From the human T2T-CHM13v2.0 reference genome, Homo sapiens: a stretch of DNA of 64,000 nucleotides. Shown here in pieces: positions 36,335 to 49,750 of this stretch; position 1 is the first letter of the stretch; each line of letters opens with the position of its first letter. The notes below the pieces were generated by a model that saw nothing but the letters and a program-made list of their open reading frames with translations, made no database searches and was not told the origin of the DNA. The position numbers and the translations under genes are program-made. The stretch lies in NCBI RefSeq assembly GCF_009914755.1, contig NC_060926.1, one strand, 5' to 3'.

Positions 36335-39300
36335 CATTGGCAATGGGCCTGGCTTTGCCCTGCGCCTGCCGTGGATCTGGCCCTGTACTGCCCTGCCTTG
36401 CCCTGTACCTGCCCTACTGTTACTTGGACTCTCGGCCCTGTCCTGCTCTGGTCCCATCCTGACCCTGTCTTGGCCCTGTGCTACCCTGTCCCTGCCCTGG
36501 TCTTGCCCTGGCACTGGCCCTGCCCTGAACCTGCACTGGCCTGACCTTGGCTCTGGCCCTGGCTCTGGCCCTGCCTCTTGTCCTGACCCTGGTCGTGTCA
36601 TGGCACTGGCCCTGCCAATGGTCATGGTCCTGCTCCTGTTCTGGCCCTGACCTGGCCTTGGACATGTCCTGGCCCTGCTTTGGCCCATCCCTGCCCTGGC
36701 TCCACCATGGGCCTGCCTGTTCTGCCCTCTCCTGGCACTGACCTTGCCCTGTCATGGCCCAGTGGTGCCATTGCCCTGCCTTACCCTGCGCTGGTTGTGA
36801 CTTGGCCCCGCTTGGTGCTGGCCGCTCCCTGGACCTGCCCTGGACCTGCCCTGACCCTGCCCTTGGCTTTTGCCCTGCCCTCACTATGGCCTGGCCCTGG
36901 CCCTAGCCCTGGTCCTGCCATATCCCTGGCCCTGCCCTTATCCAGGCCCTGGCCTGGAACCTGGTCCTGTCAAGGACCTGCCCTGACTCTGCCATGGCCC
37001 TGGCCCTGCTCTGCCTTGTTCCTGGCCCTGACCCAGACCCAGACCCTTTCCTGGCTCTGCACTGGACTTTCCCTGGCCCTGAGCTGGCAATGGTCTGCCC
37101 CTGGTCTTGCCATCACCCTGCCCTGCTGCGCTCTGGATGTGTCATCACCCTGCCCTGGCCCTACTCTGCCTTTGACCCTGCCCTGGCCTTACCTTGGCCC
37201 TCACCCTAGTCTTCGCTAGACCCTGCTCTGGAGCTGGCCCTAGCACAGACCTGGCCCTGATCCTGGCCGTGGTCTTTGTCCTGCCATAGCCCTGGCCCTG
37301 AAGTGGACTTGGAGGTGTCCTGGCCCCGGCATAACATGGCTCTGCATTGGCCTGTCCCTGCCCTGCCGCTACCATCTCCTTGCCCTGCTCTGTCCTGTCC
37401 CAGTACTGACCCGGCCATGCTATTTCCCTTCCCTACCCTGCCTTGGCTGTGCCCTGGCTCGGTTCTGGCCCTGGCCCCGGCCCTGCCCTGGACATGCTCT
37501 GACACTGCCTCAGCCTCGGCACTAGCCTGGCTCTTTCTTGGCATCAGCCCTGCTCTCTCTGTGGACCGGCTCTTGTCCTGTCCTGCACTGGCCATACCAT
37601 GCCCTGCCCTGCCCTGACTCAGTCCTGGCTCAGCCCTGGCCCAGCCTTGGCCTTGGCATTGCCCCTGGTCATGCCATATTTCTTGCCCTGTCCCTACCCT
37701 GGCCTTGGCCCTGACCCTTACCTTGCTGTGGCCCTGCCCTTGCCCTAACGCAGCCCCTGGCCCTGTCATGGCCCTGCCCTGGACCTGTCCTGGCCCTGGC
37801 CCTTCCCTGCTTGAGACCTTGCCCTGGTTCTCTCCTGGCCCTGACCCTGAAATGCCTGGCCCTACCCTGGCCTTGCACTGCTCTGGCCCTTGCCCTGACT
37901 CTGGTCCTGTCACTGGCCTAGCCCCAGCCCTGTTGCTGGTCTCACCATGGCCCAGACCCTGCCTTGGCCCTGCCCTGACACTGTCCTGGACCCTGGCTGT
38001 GCCAAGAACTTGCACTGTCCTTGCCATTGTTTTGCTCCTGCCCCGAACCTGGTCCTCCCCAGGCCGTGGCCATGGCCCTGGCCCTGGCTCCGCCCAGGTC
38101 TTGGCACTGTCCTGGCCCCGCCCTGCCCTGGCCGTATGCTTTCCTGGCCCTGCCTCGCCGGCCCTGGCCCTGCCTTGGCCCTAGCCTGGCTTTGACCCTG
38201 CCCTGGCCCTACCTTGGCCTTCACCCTAGCCTTACCTGGGCACTGTGTTGGACCTGGCCATAGCACAGACCTGGTTGTGGTCCTGGTCCTGCCGTGGCCC
38301 TGTCTCAGACCCTAGCCCTGCCAGGTACCTGTCCTGGCCCAGCTCTGGGCCTGGCTTTGTCCCTGGTTCTTAGATGAACCTGGCCCTGCCCCTGCCCTTG
38401 CTCTTGCCCTGACACTGGCTTTGGACATGTCCGTGGTCCTAACCCTGGCCCTGCCCAGGAGCTGCCACTGTCTTGGCTGTGCCCTGGCTCTGGCCCTGCC
38501 CCGGCCCCAACCATAGACCTCCCCTGGTTGGTCGTGCCCTACCTTAACCCTGTGCTACCCTGGGCCTGCTCCACCCTGCCCTGGCCCTGCCCTCCCTTTG
38601 GCCCTGTCCTGACCCTGCCTTGGCCCTCACACTGACCCTAGCACAGACCTGGTCCTATGTGTGGCCTTGGCCTGGCATTGACCCCTGCTCCTGACCCCGG
38701 TCCTGCCATGGCCCTGGCCCTGCCAATGACCCTGGCAGCCCTGACCCTGGCCCTGTCTTGGCCCTGGCCCTGAACTGGCCCTGCCCTGACCCTGGCCCTG
38801 AAGTGGATTTGCAGGTGTCTTGTCCCTGATGTAACCTGGTCTTACCATGGCCCTGTCCCTCCCCTGGCTCTGTCCTGGCCTTCTGCTGACCCTGACCCAG
38901 ACCTTGGCCCTGCCCCAGCCTTGTCCTAGATCTGGCCATGGCCCTGCCTCTGCCCTGGACCAGCGCTGGCACTGGCATGGACCCTGGCCCTGGCCCTTCG
39001 CTACTTAAGGCCATACCCTGGCCCAGCCCTGGTCCTGATGCTGTCCTGTCCCTGATTTGGCCTGGCTCTACCCTGGCATGCTATTCTGGCCCTAGCCCTG
39101 ACCCTGTCCCTGTCCCTGTCCTGGCCCCAGCCCCATTGCTGGTCCTGCCATGGCCCTTGTCCTGACATTGCCGTTTCCTGGTTCTGGCCCTGGCCCTGTC
39201 CCAGCCCTGCTCTGGCCCTGGTCTGAACCCTGGCCCTGCAATAGACCTGCCTTGGTCCTGCCCAGACCCTGGCTCTGGCCCTACCTCTGCCCTGGCCATA

Positions 39301-42275
39301 CCCTTGCCCTGGCCTGGCCCCCAGTCCTGGTCCTTGTCCTGCCCCAGCTGTGGCCCTGTCCCTGCCCTGCCTGTGCCCTGTTCTATCCTGGGCTGGCCCT
39401 GCCGTGGCCTGGTCTTGCCATTGCCCTGCCCTAGCCTGCTCTGCTTGTGCCCTAGATCTGCCCCTGTCTTGGTTCTAGCCTTGACTGAGCCCTGGACCTT
39501 CCCTGACCTTGCCTCAGCCCTGGCACTACCCTGGCCTTGCCTTGGCATTTGCCCTACTCTCTCTATGGCCTGGCTCTGGTCCTGCCCTGCTCTGCTCTTG
39601 TTCTGTCCTGGCACAGCCCTGGCCCTGGCCCTGGCCCTGCCGTATCACTGGCTCTGGTCCTGCCCTTATGCAGACCTGACCCTGCCACTGCCTTGGCTTT
39701 GGCCTGGACCTTGGCCATACAGTGACCCTGCCATGACCCTTTCCTGGCCCTGGCCTGGAACCTGGCCCTGCCAAGGACTCGCCCTGGCTCTGTCATGGCC
39801 CTGGCCCTTTCCTGGATTTGGGTGTGTCCTGTCCCTTATTTGCCCTGGCCCTTCCCTGGCTCTGCCATACCCCTTTTCTGGGGTAGGGCCAGGGTCAGGA
39901 CCAGACCAGGGCAGGGTCAGGACCAGGGTAGGGCCATGGTAAGGCCTGAAGATGGGAAGGGCCAGGGCAGCGGCTGGACCAGGGAAGGGTCAGGGCCAGG
40001 GATGTAGTAGGACTAGGGGCAGAGCCGGCACTAGGGCTGAGCCAGGGCAGAGCAGGAGAGATTACAATGGGCTATTACGTAAAATTTTTATTTTAGATTT
40101 TTAAGATAACTATAGTAGTAGTAATGTCTATACTATATTGTTTGTAATAGTAATAATATTTGCAGTAATCACTAAATTTTAACTAATACTATCTTTGCTT
40201 CCAGTAGTGTTCTATGAGTATAATTTTATCAATATGTTAATATGTGAGGCATTGATTCTCACAATAATTCTATGTGCTAGGTACTTAAAGCATCCCCATT
40301 TTCCAAATGTAGGAAACAGGCATAAAGAAGTTAAATACTTGGCCAGATTACTCCTGTAATCCCAGCACTTTGGGAGGCCAAGGCAGGCAGATGGCTTGAG
40401 CTCAGGAGTTTGGAACCAGCCTGGGCAACATTGTGAAACCCCATCTCTACTAAAAATGCACAAAAAGAACTAATTTAAGTTTCTTGTAGGATTCTGGTTA
40501 TAAAACACTGGTCAAACACACAGGGCATGGATAGGGCAGGGCCAGGGACAAGGTCAGGCCAGGAAGGGGCCAGGGCCAAGGCAGGGCCAGAGCTGGACTT
40601 GGAAGTGTCCTGGTCTGATTTGCCCTGCCCCAACGTTGGCCCAGCCCTGCTCTGGCACTTCCTGTCATGCCCTGTCCCTGGCCTGAGCACTGGCCCTGGC
40701 CCTGTCCTGCTTCTGGCCTTGCCCAGGAGTTGACCAGGCACTGCCATGGCCCAGTCCTGCATTGCCCTGCCCTCCTCTGCCCTGGTGCTACCATGGCCCT
40801 GCTTGGGCCCTAGCTCTGCCTCTACTCTGGACCTGCCCTGACTCTGCTCAGCCCTGGATCTACCCTGACTCTGCCTTGGTGTTGCCTTCCCATCTCTATG
40901 GCCTGGCTCTGGCCGTGCCTTGCACAGTCCATGCTCTGCCCTGCATGTCCCAGCCTGGGCCCAGCCCTCGTCCTACCATATTCCTGACCCCAGCCATACC
41001 CTTCCTTCTGGGCGTGACCCTGCCGTGGCCCTCTCCTGGCCCTTCCTTGGTCCTTCCCTGCCCTTCCATGCCCTGGCCTTGCCCTCACCCTGCGTTGGCC
41101 CTGCACTGGTCCTGCCCTGCCCTGGCACTGCCTTGGCCCGGCCCTGCCTTCTCCCTGGTCTTGCCTTTGCCCTGCCCTGGCCTGACCCCAGGCCTACCGA
41201 GTCCATGAAATGGCCCTGGACCTGCCTTGCCATCGTCTGTCCTGGCCCTGTATTGTCCCCACCATGCTCTGGTCCAGCACTTGCCCTGGCCCTGTTGTTA
41301 GTCCTGCCACTGTTATGGCCCTGCCCTGTTTTTGGCCATGCCCTGTGCTACCCTAGCCCTGCCCTGCCTTGGCCTTGGCCCTACCATGGCCTTCTCCTAC
41401 CCTGACCTGGCCCTACACTGGCCTTTTCTACCCTGGCCTTGCCCTTCCCTGGTCTTGCCTTGCCCTGGCCTTGCCCTGCCCTGGCCTTGGCTTTGCCTTA
41501 TCCTGGTCCTGGTTCTGCCCTGACCCTGGCCTTGCTCTGGATCCTCTCTGGTTCTGCTTTCTCCCTGGCCCTGCCCTTGCTCTGGCCCTGTCCCTGGCCC
41601 AGCCTTGACCCTGACCCTGGCCCTGACAATCCCCAGGTCTGACACTGGCCATGCTTGGCCCTGGCCCCTCCTTTTGGCCCTGCCCTGGCCCTGCCTTGGC
41701 CCTGTGCTATCTTAGTCCTGCCCTGGCCCTGAACTCACCCTGGCCCTACCCTCACCCTACACTGGCCCCACCCTACTGGCCTTGCCCTGCCCTGGCCCTG
41801 CCTTTGGCCTGCTCTGGCTCTGCTTCTGCCCTGGCCTTGCCCTTGCCCTGGACCCTCCCTGGCCGTGTTTTTTCCATGGTCCTTCTCTGGCCTTGCCCTT
41901 GCCCTGTCCCCTTTCTGGTCCTGCCATATTTCTGGCCCTGTCCTGTCCATGTCCTGGACCTGACTCTGGCCCTGGACCTCCCTGTCCCTGCCCTGCCATA
42001 CCCTGGCCCGTTCCTTGCTCTACACTGACCCTGCCCTGCCTTGGCCCTGTGCTACCCTAGCCCTGCCCTGGCCTTCTGCTGACCCTGATCCTGCCATGGC
42101 CCTGGCCCTGCCATGTCCCTGCCCTGGCCCTGGTTCTGCCCTGCTTCTGGCCCTGGCCTTGGTCCTCTCATGTCCCTGGCCGTGACCCTGCCCCTGGTTT
42201 TTCTCTGGCCATGACCCTGCCCCTGTTCTGTCCTATCCCTGGCCCTGTCTTAGTTCTGTCCTAGCCCTGGCCTTT
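36335..42275 (-). repeat. CAGGG repeat array (CCCTG/GGCCCT on +), pericentromeric duplication-associated
   Basis: About 6 kb of degenerate CCCTG/CCCTGG/CCTTGG units, with a polarity switch at ~39880-40595. Confidence 0.92.
40340..40470 (+). mobile_element. Alu left monomer within the AT-rich spacer of the CAGGG array (MIR-like sequence just upstream)
   Basis: CCTGTAATCCCAGCACTTTGGGAGGCCAAGGCAGG...CCCCATCTCTACTAAAAAT. Confidence 0.85.
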
Positions 42276-42664
42276 CACAGTACTTTATGCTTAGTAAGGG
42301 CTCCATGGTGTCTGTGAGTTGAATGTTGTGTTCATAGTATCTGCCAAAACAGAAAGAAATAAAACAAAATATTTTGATAAGAAGTTAAAGCTTTGTATAT
42401 AATATACCTTGAATTGTAAATGCCTGTTATTAGTTGTATTACATATAGGTCATGGTTTTGTACACATAACTCCAAACCATTGATACTGTTAAAAGAATAT
42501 ATGAATATATGAAAGAATGTATAAACGTAAGAATGTATCAGTATCTAATGACCTTTCCAAATTAATTTTTATTTTTAGCTCTATTAGATTTTTCTCAGTG
42601 TAACAAATGTTTATTCCTATGTAATTAAGGGTGTATTTCCTGTACAGAATATTCATATTACCTA

Positions 42665-43150
<486 letters not shown>

Positions 43151-43267
43151 AAATAAAAATAAGTAAAAAGAAATATTAGTAAATATAAATATAAATACAT
43201 ATAAATATAAAAATGCATTCATGAAAAGAAACAATTTTTAAATTTAACATCACTGAGGGCATCCTAT

Positions 43268-46135
43268 CCATTTCATTTCATGATTCCATTATGTCATTTC
43301 ACTTAGATGAAATGATAAGATGACTTGAGATGAGATGAAATGATGAGATGAAATGACAAAATGATAAGATGAGATGATGAGATGAAATTTTGAGATGAAA
43401 TGGTGAGTAGAAATGATGAGATGAAATGATGAGACAAAATGACAAAGTTGAAAAGAAATTGAAAGGAGATGAGATGAAATGAGATGAAATGATGAGATGA
43501 TGAAATGATGAGATGAAACGAGATGAAATGATGAGATGAAATGAAATGAAATAATGAAATGATATGAAATAATGAAATTGAAATGAGATGAGATGAGATG
43601 AAATAATGAGATAAAATGAGATGAAATGAGATGAACGATGAGATGACATGATGAGATGAAATGAGATGAAAAATGATGAGATGAAAAATGAGATGAAATA
43701 ATGAAATGAAATAATGAAATGAGATGAAATGAAATGAAATAATGAAAGCAAATTATGAAATGTAATGAAATTGAAATGAAATTGAAATGAGATGAGTTGA
43801 AATGATGAGATGTAATGATGAAATGAAATGATGAGATGAGATGAAATGAGATGAAATAATGAGATGAAATGAGATGATGAGATGAGATGAAATCATGAGA
43901 TGAAATGATGAAATGAAATGAAATGATGGATGAAATGAGATGAAATGTAATGAGATGAAATGAAATGAAATAATGAAATGAAATAATGAAATGATGAAAT
44001 AATGAAATGAAAATGAAATGGAAATGATGAGATGAGAAGAAATGATGAGATGAAATGAGATGAGATAAAATGAGATGAAATGATGAGATGAAATGAAATG
44101 AGATGAGATGAAATGAGATGAAATATGATGAGATGAAATGACATAATGAAATGAAATGATGAAATGGAATAATGAAATGGAAATGAGATGAGATGCAATG
44201 AGTTGAAATGAGATGAAATGATGAAATGATGAGATGAGATGTGATGAAATGATGACATGAAATGATGACATAAAATGAGATGAAATGTAATGATGAAATG
44301 AGATGAAATGATGAGATAAGATGATATGAAATGATGAGATGAAATGATGAGATGAGATGATGAGATGAAATGATGAGATGAACTGATGAGATGAAATGAA
44401 ATGAAATAATGAAATGAAATTGAAATAAATAAATTGAAATGAGATGAGATGAAATGATGAGATGATGAAATAAAATGATAAAATGATGAGATGTGATGAG
44501 ATGAAATGATGAGATGAGATGACATGAAATAATGAAATGAAATAATGAAATGAAATTGAAATGAGATGAGAAGATATGAGATGAAATGAAGTAATGAGAT
44601 GAAATGATGAAGTGATGAGATGAAATGATGAAATGATAAGATGAAAAGAGTTGATGAGATGATAAGACGAAATGATGAGATGAAAAGATGAGATGAAATG
44701 AAATGATGAGATGAAATGAGATGAAATGAAATTAGACGAAATGTAATGAGATGAAATGAAATGACATAATGAAATGAAAAAATGAAATAATGAAATAAGG
44801 TGAAATTAAATGAGATGATGAAATTAAATGATGAAATGAAATAATGAAATGGAAATGATGAGATGAGATGAAATGACGAGATGAATGATGAGATGAAATG
44901 AGATGAAATGATGAGATGCAATGATGAGATGAAATGATGAGATGAGATGAGATGTAATGATGAGAGGAAATGATGAGATGTAACGAAATGAGATGAAATG
45001 AATGAGATGAAATAATGAAAGGAAATTGAATTGAGATATGAGATGAAATGAGATAAAATGAGATGAAATAAGAAATGATGAGGTGAAATGATGAAATGCT
45101 GAGGTGAGATGAGATGAAATGAGATGAAACAATGAGATGAAATGAAAGGATGAGATGAAATGATGATATGAGGTGAGATGAGATGAAATGAGATGAAACG
45201 AGATGAAATGATGAAATGATGAGATGAGACGAGAAGAAATGATGAGATGAAATGAGATGAGATAATGAGATGAAATGAAATGAAGTGAAATGAAATGAAA
45301 TAATGAAATGAGATGAGATGAAATGAGATAAAATGATGAGATGAAATGATGAGAAGAAATGAGATGAAATGATGAGATGAGATGATGAGATGAAAAATGA
45401 TGAGATGAAAAATGATGAGATGAAATGATGAGATGAATTGAAATGAAATAATGAAATAATGAAATGAGATGAAATGAAAAGAAATGATGAAATGATATTG
45501 AAATGAAATTGAAAGATGAGATGAAATGATGAGATGAAATGATGAAATGTTGAAATGAAATGATTAAATGAATAGATGTGACATGAAATGAGCTGAAATG
45601 ATGAGATCAAATGAAATGAAATGAGATTAAATGATGAGATGAAAAATGATGAGATGAAATGCTGAGATGAAATGAGATCAGATGAACTGAGATGAGATGA
45701 GATGAAATAATGAAATTAGGTGAAATAATGAAATGAGATGAAATAATGAAACTGAAATGAGATGAGAAGAAATGAGATGAAATGTTGTAATGAAAGGAGG
45801 AAATGATGAGATGAGGAGATGAAATGATGAGATGAATTGAGATGAAATGAGATGAAAAATATGAAAAATGATATCAAAAATATGAGATGAAATGAAATGA
45901 GATTATATGAAATGACATAATGAAATAAATGAAATTAGATGAAATGAAATGAAATAGTGAAATGAAATGATGAAATGAAATAATGGAAATGAGATGAGAT
46001 GAGATTTGGTGAAATGATGAGATGAAATGATGAGATGATATGAAATGATGAGATGAGATGGGATGAGATGAAATGAGATAAAATGATGAGATGAAATGAT
46101 GAAATGATGAGATGAAATGATGGGGTGAAGTGATG
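43268..46135 (+). repeat. Satellite-like simple repeat of GAAAT/GAGAT/GAT units
   Basis: About 2.85 kb built almost entirely of GAAAT, GAGAT, GAT and AAT; nearly C-free on +. Confidence 0.95.
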
Positions 46136-46839
46136 CACTGTCACGTGTGTGTCTATTCTTTTTCCCAAGCAACAAAAATTATAATTCATTAATTTTAATT
46201 TTATTATTTAAGAATATTCTTAAGAGTTGAAGGAAAAATAATATCTGTACATTATGGGTTACAATCTAAGTATAAATAATACATAAATATATTAAAACTT
46301 ACAAAGAATATGTTTTGGAATCGAATATACCATGCTTCTGTGATGACAGTTATTTCATGCTGGTTGTCACAATTTTACATGAAAAACTAATGAAAAAATG
46401 TTTTTAACTGTTTCTAAAAATAACAGTTTCCAAAACAGTTTTACATTCGAAATATGAAAAAGATGTCTTTGTGTTCCTTAATCTGATGAGATTTTCACAC
46501 TCTGCACATGATAATTGTTAGATTTTTATTGTGTTGATAAATTGTATATCAAATAAAAAATGTTATTACCTCTTAAATTAGGATTTTTAGGTGATATAGG
46601 CAGAAAGGACGGCAAGTTTTTATAACTTTCTCTAAATGAACTTTCTAAATGCCTGAGTATTAAAAGATAGCATGTCTATAAATCACAATGTATATATTAC
46701 TGTATGACCTAGGACCAATCAAAACCGTTACCTCTGATAACATTATATTGTGCCCAGTATAAAATAGATATAATAATACCTCAAACTTAAATCCGGGCAT
46801 TGTCATTGAATATCTTAAGAATATGCAACAAAGGTGCTT

Positions 46840-48245
46840 TTAAAAATACAAGCTAGTGATTGTACCAAATTTGTAAATCACATAGGATAGTGGGTCATTT
46901 TAAGAATATTAGTTATTTCAATCTATAAACGTGGATGTCTTTCCTTTTTTGTGTTTTCTTTAATTTCTTTCATTAATATTTGTCATTTTTGTTGTCGAAA
47001 TCTTTTACTTCCTTGGTTAAATTTATTTCTAAGTACATTTTTGTAGCTATTGTAAAAGGAATTGCTTTCTTAATTTCTTGTTTCAGCTAGTTTATTATCA
47101 ATATATAGAAATGCTACTGATTTTTGTATGTTGATTTATATCCTGCAACTTTATTAATTTCATGTATCACCCTAAGAAGCTTTTGGTAGAGTCTTATTTT
47201 TTTCCGTGTATAAGATCACATTGTCTTTAAACAGGGACAATTTGACTGTCTCCTTTCCAATTCAGATGTCCTTTATTTCTTTCTCTCACCTAATTGTCCT
47301 GGCTAAGACTTTCACTATGTGAAATATGATTGGTGAGAATAGGCATCCTTTTCTTGTTCCAGTAAAATCTTTTTCTTGTTCACAGTAAAATCTTTCACCT
47401 TTTCCACACTCAGTATGATCTTAGTTGCAGATTTGTCCTTTATGTCCTTCTGTTTTAAGGCATATATTTTCTATACTAAATTGTTGAGAGGTTTTTTGTC
47501 ATGTAAGAATATTTAATTTTGCCAAACGCTTTTATTGTGTTTATTAATTTAATCATATGGTTTTCAGTATATATCCAAAGGAAAGAAAACCAGTATATCA
47601 AAGACTTACCTGCACCCCCATGTTTATTACAGCACTATTCACAATAGCCAAGATATGGAATCAACAAAAGTGTCCATCAACAGATGAATGGATAAAGAAA
47701 TGTGACATACATATATAATGGAATACTATTTAGTCATAATAAAGAACAAAATCCTGTTATTTGTGGCAACAAGAATGCAAGTGGAGGGCATTATGTTAGG
47801 TGAAATAAGCCTGGCATAGAAACATAGACACCACATAACTACGTGTTCTCACTTATGTATGGAAGCTAAAATTTTTAATCTCGTAGAAGTAGATAGTAGA
47901 GTTTTGGTTACCATATCCTGGAAAGAGTAGGAGAAAGAAGAGTATAAGAAAAATGTGGTTAATACATACAAAATTACAGCTGGAGAGAAGGAAGAAGTTC
48001 TAGTTCTCTACAGCACTGTTGGGTGACTGTAGTTAACGGGAATTTATTGTGTGTTTTCAAATAACTAAAATAAAAGATTTTGAATATTCTCACTGCAAAG
48101 AAATAATACATGATTTAGGTAATGGATATGATAATGACTCTGACTTGATCTTTACGTATTGCATAAATATATCAAAATATCACTCTGTACCCCATAACAT
48201 GTACATTTATTATATGTCAATTAAAGTAAATTTAAAAGAGAAAAA
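46840..48245. mobile_element. L1 (L1MA-like) with inverted 5' part: minus ~46840-47565, plus 47566-48245
   Basis: Antisense ORF2 text (AATGCTACTGATTTTTGTATGTTGAT) abuts sense 3' end text (TATATATCCAAAGGAAAG...CAACAGATGAATGGATAAAG...A-rich end). Confidence 0.8.
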
Positions 48246-48777
48246 ATGAGGTAAAGGTAAATATACATAATTTAATTACTTTTTCTTCTATAAAACCCGA
48301 GTCAGTACCAAGAAGAGTCAATTTATTAGTTTTCTAAAATAAAAAAAATCAAAATCACCAAAAAAGAGCATATCCAAGAAAACATTGAAAATGAAACACA
48401 ACATTTAGTAAGAATAGAAAACTTGGGCACCGTATCACCCTGTTCCTAGATACCGATTTACTGATGGCCATTTAAATAGAATTTTATTCTATCTAATTCA
48501 TTAATACTCCCAGAGTTCGAAATTACATTTTACCTACAATAAATGAGATAACACTTGTAAATTATATGGTACTCTGCCTAACACACGTTAATAACTCAAT
48601 ACATGTTAGCAATAAACTTTTAGTATAGTAGTCAAAGTATTAATTTCTCACATTGCAATTTCCTTCAAAGACATGAATACAACCTTTCTAATGACTCCTT
48701 GTTCATCAAGACACCTCTTCAAATTATTCTATTTGTTTCATTCAGTATATTATCTGTGTATACCGATATTACACTCT

Positions 48778-49099
<322 letters not shown>

Positions 49100-49443
49100 T
49101 GAATATCTTTTTGAAAGATTACACCTCTTTACTTCTTTGTGCTTCAGAAATTATTTTCCTTCAAGTGTTCTAAGAGTCTAATGAAGAATGAAGTCATGTT
49201 TTATCACTTTTGTCCTTAAAGATTTCAGACATGCTGAAACTGATTGAAGTATCATTTGCTACTAGATAGATTAATTATCTCCAGTTGTAGGAGTGGATAC
49301 ATCTTTAATGGTATATTTTGGGTTATTGTCTTATTTTTGATGCAGTATTCTATAAATAATTTATTAAACCTGGCATCCTTGGGTGAGCATAGATTTTTCA
49401 ACTTTGGTGTTATATTGTGTTTGCTTTTAAAAACTGCTTCTGA

Positions 49444-49750
49444 GGCCAGGTATGGTGGCTCTTGCCCATACCCAGCACTTTGGGAGGCCAAGATGGGTGG
49501 ATTACCTCAGGTCAGGAGTTCAAGACCAGCCTGGTCAACATGGCAAAACCATGTCTCTACTAAAAACACAAAATTAGCCAGGCATGGTGGTGCGTGCTTG
49601 TAGTCCTAACCACTCGAGAGGCTGAGGCAAGAGAATCACCTGAACCTGGGAGGCAAAAGTTGCTAGGTTGCTGTGAGCCAAATTCGCACCATTGCCCTCC
49701 AGCCTGGGTGAAAAGAGCAAAACTCTGTCTCAAAAAAAAAAAAAAAAAAC
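49444..49750 (+). mobile_element. Alu (S-type) with TSD
   Basis: Full dimer; AAAAACTGCTT(C/T)TGA on both sides. Confidence 0.93.

Noticed and set aside
36259-42060. Dozens of overlapping Pro/Leu/Ala/Trp/Cys- or Gly/Gln/Arg-rich ORFs
   Set aside because: Artefacts of the CCCTG/CAGGG array; open in multiple frames on both strands.
43299-46189. Long His/Ile/Ser/Phe-rich minus-strand ORFs (up to 342 aa)
   Set aside because: Translation of the (ATTTC/ATCTC/ATC)n satellite strand, which is naturally poor in stop codons.
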